64,000 nucleotides of DNA, from NCBI GenBank assembly GCA_027623675.1, contig JAQBVF010000014.1:18242-82241 (forward strand), read 5' to 3'. Both the position numbers and the translations under genes were made by a program. This DNA is from Chloroflexota bacterium. Its GTDB lineage: Bacteria; Chloroflexota; Dehalococcoidia; Lucifugimonadales; UBA3495. A model generated the notes under the pieces. It worked only from the letters and a program-made list of their open reading frames with translations, was not told the DNA's origin and did not search any database. Positions 38,685-47,908 of this stretch are shown here, in pieces (position 1 is the first letter of the stretch; each line of letters opens with the position of its first letter).

Positions 38685-39251
38685 CTAGCTCACGCGCTCG
38701 GTGTACTCTCCGGTGCGGGTGTCCACCCGGATGACCGTCCCGGGAGTGATGAACATGGGGACCGTCACGCGCAGTCCGGTCTCCAGCGTGGCCGGCTTGT
38801 TTCCGCCCTGGGCGGTGTCGCCGCGGAATGACGGCGGCGTCTCGGTCACTTCCAGCTCCACGTGGGTTGGCAGCTTCACACTGATCGCGGCGCCGTTGTA
38901 GAGCACCACGTCAACCATCATCTGTTCCTTCAGGTAGTCCAGAGAGCTTCCCAATATATCTTTGGTCAGGTCGTATTGGTCGAAAGTCTCCTGGTCCATG
39001 AAGAAGTAGAAGTTACCGTCGGTGTACAGGTACTGGGTTGGCCTGGTGTCGATATCGGCCATCGTGAACCCGGTGTCATAACGCTGGAAGGTGCGCTCTA
39101 CCACGGCTCCACTCAGCAGGTTCTTCATCTTGATGCGGGTAACGGGCGCCCTCTGCTGCATCTTGTGGCGCTCGTAGTCCATCACCTCCCAGGGTTGGCC
39201 GTCCAGTTCAATCACGAGCCCACGGCTGAGGTCGCTGAAGTTGATGCTCAT
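38685..39251 (-). CDS. efp: Elongation factor P (atypical tip sequence)
   Basis: QYLY, FMDQETFDQ, RGDTAQGGNKPATLETG, VPMFI, VDTRTGEY. Confidence 0.93.
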   Translation of the reverse strand: MSINFSDLSRGLVIELDGQPWEVMDYERHKMQQRAPVTRIKMKNLLSGAVVERTFQRYDTGFTMADIDTRPTQYLYTDGNFYFFMDQETFDQYDLTKDILGSSLDYLKEQMMVDVVLYNGAAISVKLPTHVELEVTETPPSFRGDTAQGGNKPATLETGLRVTVPMFITPGTVIRVDTRTGEYTERVS

Positions 39252-39384
39252 CTGGGGTTCCTCCGGGTCTGGGGTCGAGGGATCCTGCCTGCTGAGGGAA
39301 TGGGCCGCCGCAGATCACAGACTCCAATCTCCGGTAGAGAGTGTATCACTAAGACGCTCGCCATAGGCTGGACCGGGCTCCTTT

Positions 39385-39420
39385 GTTATTTACGGGGTTA
39401 TTTACGGGGTTATTTACGGG
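39385..39420. repeat. 3 x 12 bp perfect tandem repeat GTTATTTACGGG
   Basis: Read directly in the pepP-efp intergenic region. Confidence 0.9.
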
Positions 39421-39446
39421 GGTTAGTCGCGGATCACTTTCGCCGG

Positions 39447-40514
39447 TTACTTACGGGCTTTGCTCAACTGCACGGCCCCGTCTTCCCGCAGGATCACTAT
39501 GTCCTCTATACGGATGCCGCCCCAACCGGACAGGTAGATTCCAGGCTCGACGGTGAACACGGTGTTCAAGCCAAGCACATCGGGCGAACGGGGGCTAACC
39601 CTGGGGTTTTCGTGGATCTCCAGGCCAACACCGTGGCCCAAACTGTGGCCGAAGTTGTCGCCGTAGCCGGCCTCGGCAATCACATTCCGGGAAAGGCTAT
39701 CGGCCTCTTCGCCGGTCATGCCAACCTTCACGGTGTTGATGGCCGTTAGCTGAGCGCCCAGAACTATGTCGTAGATCTTCTTGAACGTCTCGTCAGCCTC
39801 GCCCACCGCGATGGACCGAGAGAGGTCGGAGCAGTAGCCGCCCACTTTAGCGCCCATGTCGATGACGATGGGGTCGCCGTGCTTGATAACGTAATCGGAG
39901 GGCTGATGATGGGCCATAGCGCCGTTGGGTCCGGCGGCAACGATGGTGTCGAAGCTTATCATGTCGGCGCCGGCGCCGCGCATGGCCATCTCCATCTTCC
40001 AGGCAACCTCCCGTTCGGTCATGCCCGGAGTGATCGCAGGGCAGACCTGGTCCATGGCCGTATCGGCGGCGTCGATGGCCAGTTGCAGCAGGGCCAGCTC
40101 CTCGGCGTCCTTGATGATGCGCTGGTTCTCGGACAATCCCGGCGCCGGAATCAAGGACACATCGCCCAAGGACGAGTCGCCCTTGATCGCGTCGATCAGG
40201 CTGTTGTACAAGGAAACGCTCATGTCTTGGCTTTCAAACCCGACTTTCTTGACGCCGGACGACTTCATCTCTTCGATCAGCCAGTCCCAGCCGCCGCGCA
40301 CCTGCCTAACGTCGAAATCGGGCGACTGGTTGGTGGCCTGCTCGGTGTACCGGGAATCGGTGACCAAGATGGCGTTAGCCTTGGTGATGAACAGGTAGCC
40401 AGCCGAACCGCTAAACCCAGACAGGTAACGGCGGTTCTCCGGGGCAGATATCAAAACTCCGTCCAACTCCCGGTCCGGGAACTGGGCTACCAGGCCTTCA
40501 ACTCTCTCTTTCAT
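39447..40514 (-). CDS. Xaa-Pro aminopeptidase (M24B)
   Basis: RYLSGFSGS, TDSRY, GYCSDLSR, FGHSLGHGVGLEIHE, TVEPGIY, GIRIED. Confidence 0.93.
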   Translation of the reverse strand: MKERVEGLVAQFPDRELDGVLISAPENRRYLSGFSGSAGYLFITKANAILVTDSRYTEQATNQSPDFDVRQVRGGWDWLIEEMKSSGVKKVGFESQDMSVSLYNSLIDAIKGDSSLGDVSLIPAPGLSENQRIIKDAEELALLQLAIDAADTAMDQVCPAITPGMTEREVAWKMEMAMRGAGADMISFDTIVAAGPNGAMAHHQPSDYVIKHGDPIVIDMGAKVGGYCSDLSRSIAVGEADETFKKIYDIVLGAQLTAINTVKVGMTGEEADSLSRNVIAEAGYGDNFGHSLGHGVGLEIHENPRVSPRSPDVLGLNTVFTVEPGIYLSGWGGIRIEDIVILREDGAVQLSKARK

Positions 40515-40569
40515 TGGACTTCCCCTTCCAGATAAGCGTCTAAGATTCTTGCGGGTTCGAAGTCGATGC

Positions 40570-41013
40570 TTACGACTCCTCCTCAACTAGCGAGGCCAAT
40601 AGCTGCAGGGCCGAGGTGTAGCTTCTCCAGCCGAAACCGGCCACCTGACCCCGGGCGATGTCGGATATCACCGAGACCCGGCGCCAAGGTTCCCTGGCCC
40701 ACGGGTTGCCGAGATGCACTTCAACCACCGGCAGACGGCAGTCGATGAGAGCGTCTTTCAAACTCAGCCCATAGTGGGTCAGAGCGCCTGGATTCAGCAC
40801 GATCCCCTGGACCTTGCCCCAATTATCCTGGATGCAGGTGACGAGGTCACCCTCCAAGTTTGACTGGTAGAAGATTACCTCAACTCCCAGTTCGTTGGCC
40901 ACACGGCTGATCTCATGGTTGACTTCGTCCAGTGTCTTGGAGCCGTAGATCGATGCGTCGCGGTGCCCCAGCATGTTGATGTTGGGACCGTTCAGGATCA
41001 AGAAACTGGCCAT
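40570..41013 (-). CDS. aroQ: Type II 3-dehydroquinate dehydratase
   Basis: LNGPNINMLG.R...YG, QSNLEG, NPGALTH, EVHL.N. Confidence 0.92.
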   Translation of the reverse strand: MASFLILNGPNINMLGHRDASIYGSKTLDEVNHEISRVANELGVEVIFYQSNLEGDLVTCIQDNWGKVQGIVLNPGALTHYGLSLKDALIDCRLPVVEVHLGNPWAREPWRRVSVISDIARGQVAGFGWRSYTSALQLLASLVEEES

Positions 41014-41016
41014 GCT

Positions 41017-42066
41017 TTAGGCGTCCTTTCCGGCGGTCATAGATTCCTCTTCAGGGGTTTCATCGGGGATATCACCCGGCGTTGAAGCTTCTCTAGGCGC
41101 CCGGCCAGCGGGTTCATCCGCCCTGGGATGATGGTCCAAGTAGGCCGTCAGCGCTTCCTGTTTGGTTACATGAGTATATACCTGGGTGGTCGTGGGGCTG
41201 GAATGCCCAAGCAACTCCTGGATCACCCTAAGATCGGCACCGCCCTCCAGCATATGGGTGGCAAAGGTGTGCCTAAGGGTATGGGGATGGACATCCGACC
41301 GGGTGCCGGCCTGGGCCGAATACCGGCGCACCAGTTTCTCGTAGCTGCGGCGGGACAGCCGGCCGCCGTAGCGGTTCAAGAATAACGCATCGGTTGGATC
41401 GGACATCAATTGGCGGCGGGCTTCATTTATATATCGGTGCAGAGCGTCTTCGGTGGGACCGCCGAACAGCACCAGCCGCTCTTTGGAGCCCTTGCCACGA
41501 ACAAGTATCTCCCGCCTGGAGAAACGGATATCCGCCAGGTCCATGCCGTGTATCTCCGCCAATCTGACGCCACAGGCATAAAGGGTTTCCAGGATGGCCT
41601 TGTCGCGGATGCCGTGGACGGTTGATTCGTCGGGCGCGTCCATCAGCCGCACCACCTCTCGCTGGCCCAGGAAGTCGGGCAGCGGTTTGGCGACCTTGAG
41701 CTTGAAGCTGCGGCCGGAAGGCACCGGGGTGGACCGGAACAGGCCTTCTTGCACCAAGAACTTGTAGAACGTCCTCAGCACCGTCAGCTTCCGGGCGATG
41801 CTGACTCTGGCGAAACCTTTAACGCCGTCGCGGCCCTCAGTGGCCAGCCACGCCAGGTAGCCACGCAGAATCTGGCGGTCCATGTCGGCCAGGTGCAGGT
41901 GTTCGATGGCCATGTATCGACGGAACGACTGCAGATCGGCAACGTAGACCCGCTCGGTGTTCTCCGACAACCCCCGCTGGCCGCGCAGGTAGCGGGGGAA
42001 TTCCGCAACGTACTGGTCGAACTGAACGAGCCCATCCTGACCAGGGTCGCCGGCGCTAGTCGCCAA
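41017..42066 (-). CDS. xerC: Tyrosine recombinase XerC/XerD family
   Basis: LYACGVRLAE, GKGSKER, HPHTLRHTFATH, LLGHSS..TTQVY; topA-xer synteny. Probable TTG start overlapping the topA end. Confidence 0.88.
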   Translation of the reverse strand: MATSAGDPGQDGLVQFDQYVAEFPRYLRGQRGLSENTERVYVADLQSFRRYMAIEHLHLADMDRQILRGYLAWLATEGRDGVKGFARVSIARKLTVLRTFYKFLVQEGLFRSTPVPSGRSFKLKVAKPLPDFLGQREVVRLMDAPDESTVHGIRDKAILETLYACGVRLAEIHGMDLADIRFSRREILVRGKGSKERLVLFGGPTEDALHRYINEARRQLMSDPTDALFLNRYGGRLSRRSYEKLVRRYSAQAGTRSDVHPHTLRHTFATHMLEGGADLRVIQELLGHSSPTTTQVYTHVTKQEALTAYLDHHPRADEPAGRAPREASTPGDIPDETPEEESMTAGKDA

Positions 42067-44467
42067 CCGTGGCCAGCTCTTCCGCGTTGCCCGGGTCCAC
42101 GCCGTCCGACTCACCGCCAGGCGGGTTATCGAGGATCGCCTCCTCCCAAGAACAGGAAGTGCAAGCGGCATTGTTCCGGTTCTTCTGGACCATCAACCCG
42201 CCGCACTCGGGACACGGGGTGAGCAGCGGGGCCTGGTTCAACAGCAGGTCGCATTCCGGGTAATTGGAGCAACCGAAGAACGAGCGGCCCCGGCCCCTGG
42301 CCTTTCGCTCCACTATGTCGCCGCCGCAGTTGGGCTTGGGACAAGTGACTCCGGTCCTCTTCAGGACGGGTTTGGTGTTCCGGCAGTCCGGAAAGCCGGT
42401 GCAGGCCATGAAGCGCCCAAACCGCCCAGTCTTGATGACCAGAGGTTTGCCGCAAAGGTCGGTATGCTCGCACTTTTCACTGCCCGAGCAGTCGCAGACC
42501 TCGTCGGTCTCCTCTTCCATGCGAATCTTGGGCATCAACTCGTCGGCGTTGGCCAGGGCGGCCTGGAACGGCTCGTAGAACTCGCCCAACATGGGCACCC
42601 AATCTCTTTCGCCCCTGGAGACATCGTCGAGTTCTTCTTCCATCCTGGCGGTGAAATCCGGGTCCATCACGGTCTCGAAATACTCCGTGAGCAGGTCGGT
42701 CACGGTGATGCCCAGTTTCGTGGGAGTAAGCCGGTTGCGCTCCCGTTCCACGTACATCCGGTCGACCAAGGTACCGATGGTCGGGGCATAGGTGCTGGGA
42801 CGGCCGATGCCCTTTTCTTCCATGGTCTTGATCAGTGTGGCTTCCGTGTACCGGGGCGGCGGCTCGGTGAAGTGCTGATTGGCCTCCAACTTGGAGCAAT
42901 CAAGCACGTCGCCTTCGGACAGTGGCGGCAGCGCGTTCTTATCGTCGGGCTCGTTGCTGTCGTCACGTCCTTCCAGGTACACGGTGCGGAAACCGGCGAA
43001 CCTGAGGACCGAACCGCTGGCCCGGAAGTTATAGGTGACGCCAGGGGCGTTTTCTGAGCCTTTGCCAACGGCGTCGATGTTCAGCGTTGTCGCTTCCGAC
43101 CTGGCGTCCTCCATCTGGCTGGCCAGCATTCGCGACCAGATCAGGGTATAAAGATTCAGCTGATCGCTGGACAGGTAGTCTTTGAGCGACGCCGGGTCCC
43201 GTTTGATGGACGTGGGACGGACGGCCTCGTGGGCCTCCTGCGCGCCCTTGGCGGACCTGGTGTAGTTCCTGGCCTTGGCCGGCAGATGGTCTTTGCCGTA
43301 GCGTTCTTGGATGTACTCCCGTACCTCGGCCAACGCCGTATCCGCCACCTGAGTCGAGTCGGTACGCATGTAGGTGATCAGGCCGACCTGACCGCCGGCG
43401 CCAACGTTCAGGCCCTCGTACAGTTGTTGGGCCACGGCCATGGTGCGTTGGGCGGTATACCGCAGCTTGCGGCCCGCTTCCTGCTGCATGGTGCTGGTGA
43501 TGAACGGAGGGGAAGGCCGCTGCCGGACATCCCGTTTGCGGACCTCCGCGACTTTGTACTCGGCTTCCTTAAGCTCAGATTCGTAGCGCCGGGCATCTTC
43601 CTCGTTGGGGATGTTGATGCGGGCCCGTTCGCCCTTGACCGAGTGCAACGCGGCCGAGAATTGGTTCTTCTCTATCGCATCTTCGCCGGCTTTGCGCAGG
43701 ATGTTGTCGATGGTCCACGACTCGACGGGCACGAACGCCTCGATCTCGCGTTCCCGGTCGACAACCATCCGCAGGCACACTGACTGCACCCGCCCGGCTG
43801 AAGTGCCACGCTGAACACGGCGCCAGAGCAGGGGGCTTATCTGGTAGCCCACCAGACGGTCCAAGATACGCCGTGCCTGCTGGGCATTGACCAACTGCAT
43901 GTCGATCTCGCGGGGGTTTTTGAACGCTTCTTCAACCGCTTCTTTGGTGATCTCATGGAACACAACCCGCTTGGGCGGCTTGGCCAGGTCTTTCCATTCA
44001 GCGGCGGACTGAAGGTGCCATGAGATGGCTTCACCCTCGCGGTCCGGGTCAGTCGCCAGGAATATCTCATCGGCGTCGTTGCCGGCTTTCTTAATCTGGG
44101 TGAGCAACGACCGTTTGTCTTTCATGATGACGTAGGACGGCTCGAAGTTCTGCTCCACATCCACGCCTATCTTGCTCTTGGGCAGGTCGCGCACGTGCCC
44201 TTGGGAGGCGGTCACGACATATTTGCGGCCGAGTATCTGACCGACGGTCCTGGCTTTGGCCGGAGACTCGACGATCACCAGGCTCTTGCCGGCAGAACTG
44301 GGCAGCTTGACGGCGGACGACTTGGATCTTGTCGTCTTGGCTTTGGCCGCCTTGCCCTTCGCGGCGGTCTTCTTGGCCGTAGTTTTAGCAGCGGTCGTTT
44401 TGGCGGCCGCTGATTTAGTCGTGGCTTTCTTGGCGGCGCCGGCTTTACCGGCTTTATTAGTAGTCAT
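42056..44467 (-). CDS. topA: DNA topoisomerase I with Lys/Ala-rich N-terminal extension
   Basis: LVIVESPAKA, ATDPDREGE, SAGRVQS, ITYMRTDS, AHEAVRPT, GIGRPSTY, C-terminal zinc ribbons. Confidence 0.97.
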   Translation of the reverse strand: MTTNKAGKAGAAKKATTKSAAAKTTAAKTTAKKTAAKGKAAKAKTTRSKSSAVKLPSSAGKSLVIVESPAKARTVGQILGRKYVVTASQGHVRDLPKSKIGVDVEQNFEPSYVIMKDKRSLLTQIKKAGNDADEIFLATDPDREGEAISWHLQSAAEWKDLAKPPKRVVFHEITKEAVEEAFKNPREIDMQLVNAQQARRILDRLVGYQISPLLWRRVQRGTSAGRVQSVCLRMVVDREREIEAFVPVESWTIDNILRKAGEDAIEKNQFSAALHSVKGERARINIPNEEDARRYESELKEAEYKVAEVRKRDVRQRPSPPFITSTMQQEAGRKLRYTAQRTMAVAQQLYEGLNVGAGGQVGLITYMRTDSTQVADTALAEVREYIQERYGKDHLPAKARNYTRSAKGAQEAHEAVRPTSIKRDPASLKDYLSSDQLNLYTLIWSRMLASQMEDARSEATTLNIDAVGKGSENAPGVTYNFRASGSVLRFAGFRTVYLEGRDDSNEPDDKNALPPLSEGDVLDCSKLEANQHFTEPPPRYTEATLIKTMEEKGIGRPSTYAPTIGTLVDRMYVERERNRLTPTKLGITVTDLLTEYFETVMDPDFTARMEEELDDVSRGERDWVPMLGEFYEPFQAALANADELMPKIRMEEETDEVCDCSGSEKCEHTDLCGKPLVIKTGRFGRFMACTGFPDCRNTKPVLKRTGVTCPKPNCGGDIVERKARGRGRSFFGCSNYPECDLLLNQAPLLTPCPECGGLMVQKNRNNAACTSCSWEEAILDNPPGGESDGVDPGNAEELATVGD

Positions 44468-45683
44468 ATACCGCCGCGGCCTCTCGTACTCTGATGTAGT
44501 GCATGCAACCGACTTGTTTAACCTTTCCTTTCAACTCTAACATTGTGAGTGTACCGCTAACCGCGGTCACGGGCAGCCCGGCGCTCCGCGTAATCTCGTC
44601 GATATGAAGCGGAGATTCGGACAATCTGCTGAGCAGCGCCTGTTCCTCGGGCTCGTCGTCGTCCGCTTCCACAAAGCGTAATTGCTCAGTAGGCTCGGCC
44701 CGTTTGCCCTGCTCGATGTGCGCCACCAGGGTTATGTTCAACTCTTCCAAGATATCGGTCAACCCGGTGACCGGTTTCGCGCCTTCCTTTATCATCCGGT
44801 TGGTGAACGCGCTGGCAGGGGAGAAGATGCTACCCGGCACGCAGAACACTTCCCGGTTCTGTTCCAAAGCATGATATACCGTGTGGCGTGCGCCGCTCCC
44901 TTCCGCAGCCTCAACCACCACGGAACCCAACGACAGGCCGCTGATGAGACGGTTGCGCCTCGGAAAGCTCCGCGAGTCGGGCTTAACGCCCAGTGGCTGC
45001 TCGCTGACCACCGCTCCGCTTTCCTGCACCTGTCTGAACAAGCCGGCGTGGTCCTTGGGATATACCCCGTCTAAACCACCAGCCATTACGGCGACTGTCC
45101 GCCCTCCGTTCTCCAACGCGGTCCGGTGCGCCACGCCATCGATGCCCAGGGCCAGCCCGCTCACAACCGTCAGGCCCAGTTCAGCCAGACCCCGGCTAAT
45201 CATCGCGGCGGCTTCCCGGCCGTAGGTGGTTGGACTCCGGGTACCCACGATGGCTACCGACCGTTCGTCTGCGGGCAGCAAGGTCCCCTTATAATATAAA
45301 ACAGCCGGAGGATCGGCGATCTCTTTCAGCCGTGACGGATAGGTCGGGTGATTCCAGGTTACAGCGATAACCGCCGCACGTTCAAGGGCGGCCATCTCAT
45401 CGTCGGGTGAAGAATTGTTCCTGGCGGCCACAACCTCTGCCGCCGGACGGTCTTCTAATCCCGCTGCTTTCAGTTCATTGAAGCTGGCACGCCAGGCGTT
45501 CTCCAAGCGGCCAAAGTAGGACTCCAAACGGCGGAACCGGACCGTGCCCAACTGCGGTACTCTGCTAAGAGCCACCCAGAACTTGGCGTCATCCGAACCG
45601 GTTTCCCGCAGCGCAATCATCTGCGATTCTGTCTTATCCATAACCTCGTCAACCGTGGTAGACGTGTGGAGCGTATCCGGCAT
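44457..45683 (-). CDS. dprA: DNA-processing protein DprA
   Basis: AIVGTR, VSGLALGIDGVAH, FPRRNRLISGLS, VVEA...SGA, VPGSIFS; C-terminal winged helix. Confidence 0.93.
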   Translation of the reverse strand: MPDTLHTSTTVDEVMDKTESQMIALRETGSDDAKFWVALSRVPQLGTVRFRRLESYFGRLENAWRASFNELKAAGLEDRPAAEVVAARNNSSPDDEMAALERAAVIAVTWNHPTYPSRLKEIADPPAVLYYKGTLLPADERSVAIVGTRSPTTYGREAAAMISRGLAELGLTVVSGLALGIDGVAHRTALENGGRTVAVMAGGLDGVYPKDHAGLFRQVQESGAVVSEQPLGVKPDSRSFPRRNRLISGLSLGSVVVEAAEGSGARHTVYHALEQNREVFCVPGSIFSPASAFTNRMIKEGAKPVTGLTDILEELNITLVAHIEQGKRAEPTEQLRFVEADDDEPEEQALLSRLSESPLHIDEITRSAGLPVTAVSGTLTMLELKGKVKQVGCMHYIRVREAAAVYDY

Positions 45684-45858
45684 ATTCGCGATTCTAGCAT
45701 ACGCCAAAATCGTCAAACAACGGCCAACCGTCTGCAACAACGCCCACATTCGGCACCGGCGCATACGACGAGTTCCGGCTTGCGGACGCGGCGATGGCGG
45801 CGGCCCGACAGGCTTAGGTCCAGGCACGGCAAGAGACTGGATTTTAAGCTCAGATTCA

Positions 45859-45913
45859 TTGACAATGGACTCAAGCGAGTGATATATTCTACACGTAATT
45901 TTACTCGTATAAT
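45859..45913 (+). promoter_or_regulatory. Candidate sigma70 promoter(s) for korAB
   Basis: TTGACA-18 nt-(TGa)TATATT at 45859-45888; a second TATAAT at 45908-45913. Confidence 0.5.
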
Positions 45914-46192
45914 TGCTATCAAACAGGTTGTCACAAAACCTGCGTTCACCCGCCATTAAATCCCGGCAGGGGGAACGTTGGCCCCCCTTTCAGAGGACGC
46001 TTCCGACAATCGTCATGACATCTACGGCTACATCGTCACGTCCACGGCTTGCCCTCCTTTCCTATTCCTTTTATTCCTTGTCCTCTTCTTGGATCTCTTC
46101 TAGTTGGCGTTCCCCGGAACGCCGTTCCGGCATCTCATCCCATACATTTATCTCGCATTGGCCGGCTCCCTCGGCCATGAGGACAATTTAAT

Positions 46193-47908
46193 ATGCAGAT
46201 GCGCGACTTCGTAGTACGGTTCGCGGGCGAAGGCGGCCAGGGGGTCGTCACGTCGGCGGAGGGTTTAGCCCAGTCGTCGACCCAGGTTGGCTACCACGCT
46301 CTGACCTTTGCTACTTTCCCCTCCCAGATATTGGGCGGTCCCACGTGGACCCAGGCACGAATCTCGGTCGACCCCGTTCTTGCTCCAGGCGACGACGTCG
46401 ACGTTTTGGTTGCTTTCAACCAGGACGCCTACGACGCCCATCGCCAAGAGGTTCGCGAGGACGGTGTGGTGGTCTACAACTCCGCTGAGTTTGAGCCGGA
46501 GGGCGACAGCCGAAGCTATGGCCTTCCGTTTGAGGAGCTTGCCAGGTCCACCGGCAACAACCGCGCCGCCAACATGGTTATCATGGGAGCCCTGGCCCAC
46601 CTGATTAACATGCCCCAGGAAAACCTGATCAGCTTTGTGGAAGAGCGGTTCAACCGTGGCCGTGCCGAAGATGCCCAGGTCATTAAGTCTAATATCGAGG
46701 CTCTGAACCTGGGCCGTAGCCATATGGCAGCCAGTGACTTCTCGCTTGGCGAACTGGCCCCACCAGTCATGCCGTCCTACCAGCAACTGATGATCAAGGG
46801 CAACGAAGCCGTGTGCATCGGCGCCATGGCAGCGGGTCTCGACTTCTACGTTGGCTACCCCATCTCCCCCGCCACGCCCATCCTCCTGTACATGGAGCGC
46901 AACCTGGTCGGCAAGGACCGGTTGGCCTATCAAGTCAGTTCCGAGATCGAGGCCATCACCGGCATCATTGGCGCTGGCTACGCCGGCAAACGCGCCATGA
47001 CCGCCACTTCGGGTCCTGGTGTTTCCTTGATGAGCGAGGGTCTGGGCCTTGCCTGGATCGCCGAGATTCCTCTGGTTGTCGTAAACGTGCAGCGCGGCGG
47101 ACCCGCCACCGGATTGCCCACCAAGACCGAGCAGTCCGACCTCTTCGGGTGCATGTACCCGGCCCACGGCGATGTCAGATTGCCAATCATCGCGGCGGGC
47201 ACGGTGGAAGAGTGCTTCTACGGCGCCGCCAAAGCATTGGAATGGGCCGAGAGATACCAAGGGCCGGTGATTCTGCTTAGTGAGATGTCGCTGGCCGAGC
47301 GGTCACAGAATATCCGCAAACCCGACCTTTCACAGGTCAAACAGGCCAAGCGCCTCACCTACACCGGCGACAACGGTTACCGCCGCTACGCCGGCAATGA
47401 ACTTTCGCCGATGCCCATTCCCGGCTCGCCGGGCGCTTACGTGGCAAATGGCAGCGAACACGACGACATGGGCGACACCACCCACCTGGCCGAGCGTCAC
47501 GTGCAGATGACGGAGCGCCGGTTCGGCAAGATCAAGCTGCTGGAAGAAGATGACTACGAGCGCGACCAGCCAGAAAATTCCATCGCCGTGATGTCTTGGG
47601 GCGGCAGCAAAGGCCCTTCGCGCGAGGCCTACGACAAGCTCAAAGAGAGCGGCTTGCCGGTGAGTTGGTACTACACGATGTTCCTGAACCCCCTGCCGCC
47701 AAAACTGTTGGAAGAGTTGAAAAAGAAGGACTTGGTGATCGTTCCCGAGTTGAATTACCAGGGCCAATTCTCCAGCATCCTGCGCTCGATGGGCGTCAAG
47801 GCAGAATCGATCACGCAGTACACGGGCCTGCCATTCAAGGCCCGCACCCTCGTGGAAAAGATCACGGATATGACCAACGCTTGCCTGAAGGAGACCGTCG
47901 GGGTATGA
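46193..47908 (+). CDS. korA: 2-oxoacid:ferredoxin oxidoreductase alpha subunit (gamma-alpha fusion)
   Basis: AGEGGQG, GYPISPAT, TATSGPG, QRGGPATGLPTKTEQSD, GSEHD, VPELN.GQ. Confidence 0.9.
   Translation: MQMRDFVVRFAGEGGQGVVTSAEGLAQSSTQVGYHALTFATFPSQILGGPTWTQARISVDPVLAPGDDVDVLVAFNQDAYDAHRQEVREDGVVVYNSAEFEPEGDSRSYGLPFEELARSTGNNRAANMVIMGALAHLINMPQENLISFVEERFNRGRAEDAQVIKSNIEALNLGRSHMAASDFSLGELAPPVMPSYQQLMIKGNEAVCIGAMAAGLDFYVGYPISPATPILLYMERNLVGKDRLAYQVSSEIEAITGIIGAGYAGKRAMTATSGPGVSLMSEGLGLAWIAEIPLVVVNVQRGGPATGLPTKTEQSDLFGCMYPAHGDVRLPIIAAGTVEECFYGAAKALEWAERYQGPVILLSEMSLAERSQNIRKPDLSQVKQAKRLTYTGDNGYRRYAGNELSPMPIPGSPGAYVANGSEHDDMGDTTHLAERHVQMTERRFGKIKLLEEDDYERDQPENSIAVMSWGGSKGPSREAYDKLKESGLPVSWYYTMFLNPLPPKLLEELKKKDLVIVPELNYQGQFSSILRSMGVKAESITQYTGLPFKARTLVEKITDMTNACLKETVGV

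Noticed and set aside
39385..39420. CRISPR array
   Set aside because: 12-bp units with no spacers and no cas genes; the 22062-22146 repeats fail for the same reason.
40570..41013. Inactive AroQ because EVHLSN reads EVHLGN
   Set aside because: Catalytic Arg, Tyr, Asn and His motifs are retained; the substitution alone is insufficient evidence.
41017..42066. Phage or ICE integrase / mobile element
   Set aside because: Lies in the housekeeping dprA-topA-xer-aroQ context, with no att repeats, tRNA or cargo.
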